A stretch of DNA of 64,000 bases from Erysipelotrichaceae bacterium (GTDB lineage Bacteria > Bacillota_I > Bacilli_A > Erysipelotrichales > Erysipelotrichaceae). The notes beneath the pieces were generated by a model. That model worked only from the letters and a program-made list of their open reading frames with translations, was not told the DNA's origin and did no database searches. How positions within the stretch are numbered: position 1 is the stretch's first letter; each line of letters starts with the position of its first letter. A program made the translations under genes and the position numbers. Location: the NCBI GenBank assembly GCA_029101345.1, contig JAQXQU010000013.1, positions 5,918 to 69,917 on the forward strand, given 5' to 3'. This document shows positions 8,325-15,769 of this stretch, in pieces.

Positions 8325-9482
8325 ATGAAAACATTTAAAAAGCTTGCAGTTGTACTATTTGCTATGATGCTTCTAGTAGGCTGCTCATCAAAAACACCAG
8401 CAAGTGATGATACAGCTGGTGATGAAAAAGCATTTGTCATTGGCGGATCAGGACCAACCACTGGTGACTATGCACAGTATGGCTTAGCTGTTCAGCATGG
8501 TGCTGAAATAGCTGTTGCTGAAATCAACGCTGCTGAAGGCAAGGAACTGCTGGCTTTGGCATTTGAAGATGACAAGTCTGATCCAGAAATCGCTGTTAAT
8601 GCCTTTAATGCCTTAATGGACAAGAACATGCAGATTTCCTTATTAGCTACCACATCAGGTGCTTGTTCAGCTGTTGCACCAATGGTTCAGGATGAAGGCT
8701 TGTTCGGCCTTACTCCATCTGGTTCCAATCCTGCTATTCCTACAGTAGGATCCAATATCTTCCAGATGTGCTTTACTGATCCTAACCAGGGTAAGGCTTC
8801 TGCTGATTATATCAAGGCCGCTTTCCCAGATGCTGTTGTTGGTGTTATCTATCAGAATTCTACTGACTATTCAAAGGGCGTCTACAAGACATTTGTTGAT
8901 GAAGCTGCTGTTATTGGCTTGAATATCGCTGCTGAAGCTTCATTCGGCGATAATGCTGCATCATATGCTGACCAGGTTGATGCTATGAAAAATGCTGGCT
9001 GTACAGTTGTCTTCCTTCCAATCTACTATACGGAAGCTGCGGGCATTTTGACTCAGGCTGGTGACTACAAGCCTACATGGTTTGGCGTTGATGGCATGGA
9101 TGGTATCTTAAGTGGCGTTGAAAACTTTGATACTTCCTTAGCTGAAGGCGTTTATCTGCTTACTCCATTCTCTGCTACTGCTACTGATGCCAAGACAAAG
9201 AACTTTGTTGAGACATATGAAAAGAACTATGGCGAAACTCCAAACCAGTTCGCTGCAGACTCTTATGATGCTGTCTATGCAATCTACAATGCAATCAAGG
9301 ATCAGGGACTTACTTCTGATATGAGCGTTTCTGATATCACAGCTGGTTTGATTGAATGGTTCACTAGCAAGTCATTTGATGGCATTACCGGAACATCAGT
9401 TACTTGGGATGTTTCAGGTGAAGTTTCAAAGGCACCAATGGCTGTTGTTATCCAGAACGGCGAATACGTATTGGCTGAATAG
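8325..9482 (+). CDS. livJ: branched-chain amino acid ABC transporter substrate-binding lipoprotein (LivJ-like)
   Basis: Lipobox LLVGCSS. Periplasmic-binding type-I fold features. Followed by livHMGF. RBS AGGAGGG. Confidence 0.85.
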   Translation: MKTFKKLAVVLFAMMLLVGCSSKTPASDDTAGDEKAFVIGGSGPTTGDYAQYGLAVQHGAEIAVAEINAAEGKELLALAFEDDKSDPEIAVNAFNALMDKNMQISLLATTSGACSAVAPMVQDEGLFGLTPSGSNPAIPTVGSNIFQMCFTDPNQGKASADYIKAAFPDAVVGVIYQNSTDYSKGVYKTFVDEAAVIGLNIAAEASFGDNAASYADQVDAMKNAGCTVVFLPIYYTEAAGILTQAGDYKPTWFGVDGMDGILSGVENFDTSLAEGVYLLTPFSATATDAKTKNFVETYEKNYGETPNQFAADSYDAVYAIYNAIKDQGLTSDMSVSDITAGLIEWFTSKSFDGITGTSVTWDVSGEVSKAPMAVVIQNGEYVLAE

Positions 9483-9507
9483 TCTTAATACTTATCATTC
9501 AATTAAC

Positions 9508-9546
9508 AAAGGTTGCCAAATGACCTATGGCAACCTTTCTTTCTTA
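9508..9546 (+). terminator. intra-operon hairpin/attenuator between livJ and livH
   Basis: 10-bp stem AAAGGTTGCC / GGCAACCTTT with an 11-nt loop, followed by CTTTCTT. Confidence 0.55.
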
Positions 9547-9569
9547 ATACTAGTAAAAGGGGGTAGCGC

Positions 9570-10451
9570 ATGATCTTATTATCTTCATTGATCAATGGTT
9601 TGAGTTTAGGGAGCATCTATGCTTTGATTGCGCTTGGTTATACGATGGTTTATGGCATTGCCAAAATGCTGAATTTTGCCCATGGTGATATCATCATGGT
9701 TGGCGCCTATGTGGCATTCTTTGCTTCTTTCAGTTTTGGTTTGCCTGCTATTGTCTGCATTATTTTGGCAATAGTGGCCTGTGTCCTTCTGGGTGTCATT
9801 ATTGAAGGCCTGGCTTATAAGCCTTTAAGACAAGCGCCTTCGCTTTCAGTTTTGATTACAGCCATTGGTGTTTCCTATTTGCTGCAGAACTCATCTCAGC
9901 TGCTCTTTGGTTCGGCAACCAAGATCTTTCCGAGCCTTTTAGGCAATGGTTCATTCAAATTCTTTGATGGAAAACTGTCAGTGCCATATCTAACCATTTT
10001 GACAATTGTTGTCTGTGTACTCATCATCATTGTCTTGCAATGGTTTATCAATCATACGGAAACAGGACGCTGCATGCGGGCTTGTTCAGAAGACAAGGGT
10101 GCTGCCCAGCTGATGGGTATCAATGTCAACCGAACCATTTCTGCAACTTTTGCAATTGGTTCAGGTTTGGCAGCTGTTGCCGCTATTCTTCTTTGTTCAA
10201 TGTATCCGAGCATTTCTCCAACCTTAGGATCAATGCCTGGTATCAAGGCCTTTACGGCTGCTGTCTTTGGTGGCATTGGCTCAATACCTGGTGCTTTCCT
10301 TGGTGGCTTGCTGCTAGGTTTGATTGAGACCTTTTCCAATGTCTTCATTTCAGCCCAGCTGTCGGATGCCATTGTCTTTACTGTTTTGATTGTTGTTCTG
10401 CTCGTTAAGCCTACAGGCATTCTAGGCAAGAAGATCTCAGAGAAAGTGTAG
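9570..10451 (+). CDS. livH: branched-chain amino acid ABC transporter permease
   Basis: 293-aa polytopic protein. LIALGYTMVYG is a family motif. Confidence 0.9.
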   Translation: MILLSSLINGLSLGSIYALIALGYTMVYGIAKMLNFAHGDIIMVGAYVAFFASFSFGLPAIVCIILAIVACVLLGVIIEGLAYKPLRQAPSLSVLITAIGVSYLLQNSSQLLFGSATKIFPSLLGNGSFKFFDGKLSVPYLTILTIVVCVLIIIVLQWFINHTETGRCMRACSEDKGAAQLMGINVNRTISATFAIGSGLAAVAAILLCSMYPSISPTLGSMPGIKAFTAAVFGGIGSIPGAFLGGLLLGLIETFSNVFISAQLSDAIVFTVLIVVLLVKPTGILGKKISEKV

Positions 10452-11540
10452 GTGAAGGATATGCGGTATCTTAAGTCAATGTTTTCTTCAAAAAATCGTG
10501 CTCGGACAATTTCCTTTCTGATGGTCATTGTCTTTTATGCCATTATTCAGAGTGCCATTGCTACTAGATCCATTTCTTCCTTGATGAAGGGCATGATGGT
10601 TCCTCTTTGCGCTTATGTCATAGCTGCTCTGGCTCTTAATCTTGTTGTAGGCATTTTAGGTGATCTTTCCCTTGGCCAGGCCGGCTTTATGTCGGTTGGT
10701 GGCTATTTTGGTGCTACAGTAGCAACTTTAGCATTACAGCATGTCAATAATGAGTTGCTGGTTCTGCTTATTGCAGTATTGGCAGGTGCTTTGATAGCTG
10801 CTGTATTCGGTGTTATCATCGGTGTACCGATTCTCAAGCTTCAGGGCGATTATCTGGCAATTGTCACTTTGGCTTTTGGTGAAATCGTCAAAACCATTGT
10901 TTCCAATATCTATCTGGGCTTTGATGAAAATGGTCTGCAGTTTGCCTTTGTCAATGATACTACCAGGCTTTCATCTACTGGGACTATGATCATTAATGGA
11001 CCAATTGGTCTTTCGGGCAATGCCAGAATCTCAACCTTTACGATCGGCATAGTACTAGTCCTTCTTACTTTGATCATCATTTATAATCTCATGTATTCAA
11101 GACAAGGCCGTGCAGTTATGGCAGTCAGGGATAACAGGATAGCGGCTTTATCGGTTGGTGTTGATGTTTCCAAATACAAATTGATGGCCTTTGTAGTTTC
11201 GGCTGCCTTGGCAGGTGCTGCTGGTGCATTCTACTGCATGAACTACTCAACAGTATCCCCTGCAAAATTTGATTTCAATACCTCCATCATGATTCTGGTC
11301 TATGTTGTTCTTGGTGGTCTAGGCAATATGAATGGTACGATCATTGCTACAGCGGTGCTTTTGATTCTTCCAGAACAGCTGCGTGAATTCAAAGATTATC
11401 GTATGGTCATCTATGCTATCATACTGATTGCTATGATGATTATTACCAATAATCAGAAATGCAGGAATGTTCTTGAGAAGATCAAGGATGGCATTGCAAA
11501 AATCTTCAGAAGAAAGAAAGGAGCTGCTGATCATGAATAA
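10452..11540 (+). CDS. livM: branched-chain amino acid ABC transporter permease
   Basis: 362-aa polytopic protein with the GDLSLGQAGFM motif. Start is GTG 10452 or ATG 10461. Confidence 0.88.
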   Translation: MKDMRYLKSMFSSKNRARTISFLMVIVFYAIIQSAIATRSISSLMKGMMVPLCAYVIAALALNLVVGILGDLSLGQAGFMSVGGYFGATVATLALQHVNNELLVLLIAVLAGALIAAVFGVIIGVPILKLQGDYLAIVTLAFGEIVKTIVSNIYLGFDENGLQFAFVNDTTRLSSTGTMIINGPIGLSGNARISTFTIGIVLVLLTLIIIYNLMYSRQGRAVMAVRDNRIAALSVGVDVSKYKLMAFVVSAALAGAAGAFYCMNYSTVSPAKFDFNTSIMILVYVVLGGLGNMNGTIIATAVLLILPEQLREFKDYRMVIYAIILIAMMIITNNQKCRNVLEKIKDGIAKIFRRKKGAADHE

Positions 11541-12303
11541 TCAGGAATCAATTCTTTCGGTTAAAGGACTTGGCATTGATTTTGGCGGTTTGACCGCTGT
11601 AAACAAATTCAATATCGAGGTAGGAAAAACAGATATTTATGGTCTGATTGGACCTAATGGTGCCGGTAAGACTACGGTCTTCAATATGCTGACAAAAGTC
11701 TATACACCATCAAGAGGAACTATCATTTTTGATAGCAAGGATACTTCCAAGATGAATTCCATTGATGTCAATAAGGCTGGTATAGCGAGAACTTTCCAGA
11801 ATATCCGTCTTTTCGCCAACCAGTCGGTGCTTGATAATGTCCTGGTTGGCATGCACAACAGCTATACCTATAGTGCTTTTGATGCAATTATCCGCTCACC
11901 AAAATTCAAAAGGGAAGAGCAAGCCAACAGAAAGAAAGCTATGGAGCTTCTTGAAATCTTTGATTTGGCTCATAGTGCTGATGTTCCAGCCAAGTCGCTT
12001 CCTTATGGTGCCCAAAGACGCCTGGAAATTGCTAGAGCTTTGGCTTCAAGTCCCAAACTGCTTTTGTTGGATGAGCCAGCAGCAGGCATGAATCCAGTTG
12101 AAACCGAGGAGCTCATGAATACCATTCGCTTTATCCGTGACAAATTCCAGATTGCCATTTTGCTGATTGAACACGATATGAAGCTCGTCATGGGTGTCTG
12201 TGAAAAGATTACAGTATTGAACTTTGGCCAAGTGCTGGTTACAGGCACACCGGATGAAGTTCAGAACAACCCTGAAGTCATTAAGGCTTATATAGGAGAC
12301 TGA
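11533..12303 (+). CDS. livG: branched-chain amino acid ABC transporter ATP-binding protein
   Basis: Walker A GPNGAGKTT and LLLDEPAAGM. Start re-set to MNNQESIL behind RBS AAAGGAG. Overlaps livM by 8 nt. Confidence 0.9.
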   Translation: MNNQESILSVKGLGIDFGGLTAVNKFNIEVGKTDIYGLIGPNGAGKTTVFNMLTKVYTPSRGTIIFDSKDTSKMNSIDVNKAGIARTFQNIRLFANQSVLDNVLVGMHNSYTYSAFDAIIRSPKFKREEQANRKKAMELLEIFDLAHSADVPAKSLPYGAQRRLEIARALASSPKLLLLDEPAAGMNPVETEELMNTIRFIRDKFQIAILLIEHDMKLVMGVCEKITVLNFGQVLVTGTPDEVQNNPEVIKAYIGD

Positions 12304-12305
12304 TT

Positions 12306-13010
12306 ATGCTTAAAGTAGAAAATCTTCATGTCAGCTATGGCATGATTGATGCTGTCAAAGGCATTGATTTTGAAGTCAATGATGGTGAAATAGTAGCTTT
12401 GATTGGTGCCAATGGTGCCGGCAAGACGACAACTATGCATACAATATCCGGTTTGATCAAGCCAAAGAGCGGATCAGTTTTGTTTGATGGCAAGGATATA
12501 TCCAAAATATCAGCCAATCGGATTGTTGGTCTGGGTCTTATTCAGGTTCCTGAAGGACGTAGAACATTCTCGGCAATGACTGTTGAGGAAAATCTCAAGC
12601 TTGGAGCATATCTGAGAAAAGACAAGCCAGGCATTGATAGTGACTTTGCAAAAGTCTATAAGCTTTTCCCACGTTTATTTGAAAGGAAGAAACAGTTGGC
12701 TGGAACCCTTTCTGGTGGTGAGCAGCAAATGCTGGCAATGGCTAGGGCCTTGATGTCAAAACCAAAGATGCTTTTGCTTGATGAGCCATCAATGGGTCTA
12801 TCGCCACTGCTTGTCAGGGAAATATTTGATATAATTAAGACAATCAATGAAGATGGGGTTTCAATACTTCTGGTTGAACAGAATGCCAAGATGGCATTGG
12901 CTATTGCTGATCGTGCCTATGTTCTGGAAACAGGCAGAATAACGATGACTGGTACAGGCCAGGAATTAAGCGATAGTGAAGAAGTAAAGAAGGCCTATCT
13001 GGGAGGATAA
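12306..13010 (+). CDS. livF: branched-chain amino acid ABC transporter ATP-binding protein
   Basis: Walker A GANGAGKTT, signature LSGGEQQML, Walker B LLLDEPS. Confidence 0.92.
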   Translation: MLKVENLHVSYGMIDAVKGIDFEVNDGEIVALIGANGAGKTTTMHTISGLIKPKSGSVLFDGKDISKISANRIVGLGLIQVPEGRRTFSAMTVEENLKLGAYLRKDKPGIDSDFAKVYKLFPRLFERKKQLAGTLSGGEQQMLAMARALMSKPKMLLLDEPSMGLSPLLVREIFDIIKTINEDGVSILLVEQNAKMALAIADRAYVLETGRITMTGTGQELSDSEEVKKAYLGG

Positions 13011-13014
13011 TAAT

Positions 13015-13680
13015 ATGTATGTAAAGGACAAGATGAGTACAGACCTTATCACTGTCTATTCAAACTATTCAGTATCAACAGCTCTTGATCTGATGCAAAG
13101 CAACCATTTGCACCGCCTGCCAGTGGTTGATAAGAACAATGCTCTAGTTGGTCTTGTGACTGAATCGCTTGTTATCAAGAATACGCCAAACAATGCTTCG
13201 ACATTATCGGTTTTTGAGATGAACTATCTCCTGAACAAGGTCAAGATTTCTGACATCATGATCAAAGCCAAGGATGTTTATACCATTGCTGAGGATGCAT
13301 TGCTGGAGGAAGCTGCTTCCCTGATGAGAGAACATGATATTGGCTGTTTGCCGGTTTTAGATGGCAGCAAGGTCATTGGCATCATTACCCATAATGATAT
13401 CTTTGAGGCTTTCATTGACATGCTAGGCTATCATATCAATGGTACAAGATATGTCATTGCCATTGACAAAGACGTGCCAGGCGTTCTTGAAGCAATCGCC
13501 AGCTGCTTCTCAAAACTTGATCTTTCAATATCCAATCTGAGTGTCCTGAAGACACCAAGAGGAATAGAAGTGGTTGTCATTGAAAAGGGCTATGATACTG
13601 ATGCTTCCAAGGCTTTGAAAGAAGCCGGTTTCAATGTCACTAGCATTACCAAGCTAAATGAAAATGATAGAAAACAATGA
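13015..13680 (+). CDS. CBS-pair plus ACT domain protein (AcuB-like)
   Basis: Two CBS repeats (HRLPVVDKNNALVGLVT and GCLPVLDGSKVIGIITHNDI) and a C-terminal ACT-like segment. Confidence 0.75.
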   Translation: MYVKDKMSTDLITVYSNYSVSTALDLMQSNHLHRLPVVDKNNALVGLVTESLVIKNTPNNASTLSVFEMNYLLNKVKISDIMIKAKDVYTIAEDALLEEAASLMREHDIGCLPVLDGSKVIGIITHNDIFEAFIDMLGYHINGTRYVIAIDKDVPGVLEAIASCFSKLDLSISNLSVLKTPRGIEVVVIEKGYDTDASKALKEAGFNVTSITKLNENDRKQ

Positions 13681-13715
13681 CACCTGCCAAAAGGGAGGGT
13701 GTTTCTAAGACAGTT

Positions 13716-13752
13716 AAAAGCTACTGTAGTGTGAACTATGGTGGCTTTTTTA
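13716..13752 (+). terminator. terminator after the CBS/ACT gene
   Basis: AGCTAC...GTGGCT stem with an inner extension, followed by T6. Confidence 0.55.
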
Positions 13753-13906
13753 TATTGAGTGGAATTGATTCCGATTTGTTAAAAAGTAGCAAATGCCAGA
13801 TACTTGAATTCTTGAAAAAATAGCATCACCATGCTCCAATAATGAAGCAATAGCTGTGTGTCTTGCATGTAAATATTATCTCTATGACTGCAATACTTTC
13901 TTATAT

Positions 13907-13933
13907 GCACCGCCCCCAGGGCAGGTGTTTTTT
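13907..13933 (+). terminator. orphan GC-rich intrinsic terminator with no CDS upstream
   Basis: CACC-GCCC-cca-GGGC-a-GGTG hairpin (8 bp, 1-nt bulge) followed by T6. Confidence 0.55.
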
Positions 13934-14047
13934 GGTTATATGGATGCCAAATGATCATTGAATCTTCTCTGATCAGCAACAAACTAACTTTTGACGGCGA
14001 AGGTGAGGAAATGCAGATGCCAAATGCATTATTCTTCATCTTTTTTA

Positions 14048-14076
14048 TTTACATTTTATATAAAAAATAACATAAT
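14048..14076 (+). promoter_or_regulatory. mraZ (dcw) promoter
   Basis: TTTACA, 17-nt spacer, CATAAT. Confidence 0.55.
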
Positions 14077-14077
14077 A

Positions 14078-14111
14078 GTGGTAAGAAGTGGCAGATAGTG
14101 GGAGAAAGTGG
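14078..14111 (+). promoter_or_regulatory. four phased AGTGG direct repeats, putative MraZ operator
   Basis: GTGG occurs at 14078, 14088, 14098 and 14108, an exact 10-bp period. Each copy is preceded by A. The array lies between the -10 hexamer and the mraZ ATG. Confidence 0.6.
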
Positions 14112-14549
14112 ATGTTCATTGGAGAATACAGTCACAATTTGGATGCCAAAGGAAGAATTGTCATTCCGACTCGTTTTCGTGATGAACTGGAAAACAACTT
14201 CATACTAACTAGAGGTCTTGATGGTTGCTTAGCCATCTATTCCAATAAGCAATGGGAAAAGATGCTGGCCGATCTGCAAAAGCTGCCAAACACCAAAAAG
14301 GTCACAAGACAATATCTCCATGTCTTGACTTCAAGAGCCTGTGAATGCGAAGTAGACAAGAATGGACGTATTCAGATTCCTTCATTCTTGTCACAACCTG
14401 TGAATATTACGAAGGAATGCGCTATCGTTGGTGCTTATGACCATGTTGAAATCTGGGATAAGGAAACATGGGAACACTACTATGCAGAAGCTAGCGATTC
14501 ATTTGAGGAAGTTGCTGAAAGCCTCAGTGACTTGATGGGCAATGAGTAA
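14112..14549 (+). CDS. mraZ: transcriptional regulator MraZ
   Basis: MFIGEYSHNLDAKGRIVIP is the canonical N-terminus. Two SpoVT/AbrB-like halves. RBS GGGAGA. The track start at 14088 is an extension. Confidence 0.93.
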   Translation: MFIGEYSHNLDAKGRIVIPTRFRDELENNFILTRGLDGCLAIYSNKQWEKMLADLQKLPNTKKVTRQYLHVLTSRACECEVDKNGRIQIPSFLSQPVNITKECAIVGAYDHVEIWDKETWEHYYAEASDSFEEVAESLSDLMGNE

Positions 14550-15474
14550 GCATATTTCCATCATGCCTGATGAGTGCATGCATTTGCTTGATATCAAGGA
14601 AAATGGCACCTATATTGATGGAACATTAGGAAGGGGAGGTCACTCCCGCCTGATACTTGAACAACTGAAAAAAGGCCATTTATATGCCTTTGATCTTGAT
14701 ACTCAAGCAATTGAAGAATCAAAAGAGAATTTGAAAGAATATCCCAATGTCACTTATATTCATGACAATTTCATGAATATGAACAAATATGTCAAACATG
14801 TCGATGGCATCTTCCTTGATTTAGGCGTTTCATCACCACAGTTTGATGAAGGGGAAAGAGGTTTCTCCTATCGCTTCGATGGACCACTGGATATGCGCAT
14901 GAACAAGGATGATATCCTTAGCGCCTACGATGTTGTCAATGGCTATGAGGAGAAAGAGCTATCCCGAATCTTCTTTGAATATGGAGAAGAACAATTTGCT
15001 AGGCCAATCGCCAGAAAGATTGTGGCCAAAAGAGCAAACAAGCCACTTGAAACGACATTCGAACTTGTTGAAGCAATCAAGGAAGCACTTCCAAGCAAGA
15101 TACTGAATAAGAAAGGACATCCAGCCAAGAAATGTTTCCAGGCTATCAGAATAGAAGTCAACCATGAACTGGATTCATTAAAAGCTTTCCTAAACAGCTT
15201 TGATGAAATATTGAATCCTGATGGAACAGTAGTCATTATTACCTTCCATTCATTGGAAGACAGAATGGTCAAACAGAAATTCAAATCCCTTTCAACTGTT
15301 GCGGTTGACAAGAGAATTGCTTTAAGACCTGAAGAAATCAAGGAAGCTCCTTATGTGCTGATCAGCAGAAAGGCGCTGGTTGCCAGTCCAGAGGAACTTG
15401 AAAACAATCCACGAGCCAAAAGTGCCAAATTAAGAGGAATAAGAAAAGTGGGGAATAGAATATGGCAAAAATAG
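14542..15474 (+). CDS. rsmH: 16S rRNA (cytosine1402-N4)-methyltransferase
   Basis: DGTLGRGGHS SAM motif and FHSLEDR motif. Confidence 0.95.
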   Translation: MSKHISIMPDECMHLLDIKENGTYIDGTLGRGGHSRLILEQLKKGHLYAFDLDTQAIEESKENLKEYPNVTYIHDNFMNMNKYVKHVDGIFLDLGVSSPQFDEGERGFSYRFDGPLDMRMNKDDILSAYDVVNGYEEKELSRIFFEYGEEQFARPIARKIVAKRANKPLETTFELVEAIKEALPSKILNKKGHPAKKCFQAIRIEVNHELDSLKAFLNSFDEILNPDGTVVIITFHSLEDRMVKQKFKSLSTVAVDKRIALRPEEIKEAPYVLISRKALVASPEELENNPRAKSAKLRGIRKVGNRIWQK

Positions 15475-15767
15475 TCAGAAAGAAAAGAAGAAAATTGAGA
15501 CTTGAAGGAGTTGCTGTCCTATTGTTTTCGGCATCTTTGATCTGCTTGCTGATATCAAGCCTTTTCATCAATACCATCAATACTTCATTGACTATGAAGA
15601 TTCAGAATACAACTGATGAGATCAATCGTCTGAAGAATGAAAACTATTCCTTGAACGTTGAAATCCAAGGCTTGCAGAATAAGGAAAGAGTATTTGTCAT
15701 TGCTGAAAGTGCTGGCTTGAATCAGAACCAGGATAATGTAATCAGTGTCAATTCATTAGGAGAATAA
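15462..15767 (+). CDS. ftsL: cell division protein FtsL-like
   Basis: 101 aa with a basic N-terminus, one TM segment and a coiled-coil region (INRLKNENYSLNVEIQGLQ). Conserved position between rsmH and the PBP gene. Confidence 0.7.
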   Translation: MAKIVRKKRRKLRLEGVAVLLFSASLICLLISSLFINTINTSLTMKIQNTTDEINRLKNENYSLNVEIQGLQNKERVFVIAESAGLNQNQDNVISVNSLGE

Positions 15768-15769
15768 TC

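Noticed and set aside
8095-8334. 79-aa minus-strand ORF
   Set aside because: It overlaps rpmF, its terminator and the liv promoter, and it has no RBS. The + strand features explain the region.
13779-14039. 86-aa minus-strand ORF in the gap upstream of mraZ
   Set aside because: It has no SD upstream of its ATG and no recognisable motifs. It also runs through a strong + strand terminator hairpin and ends in the promoter-distal spacer. I treat it as non-coding, while flagging the region as a possible sRNA locus.
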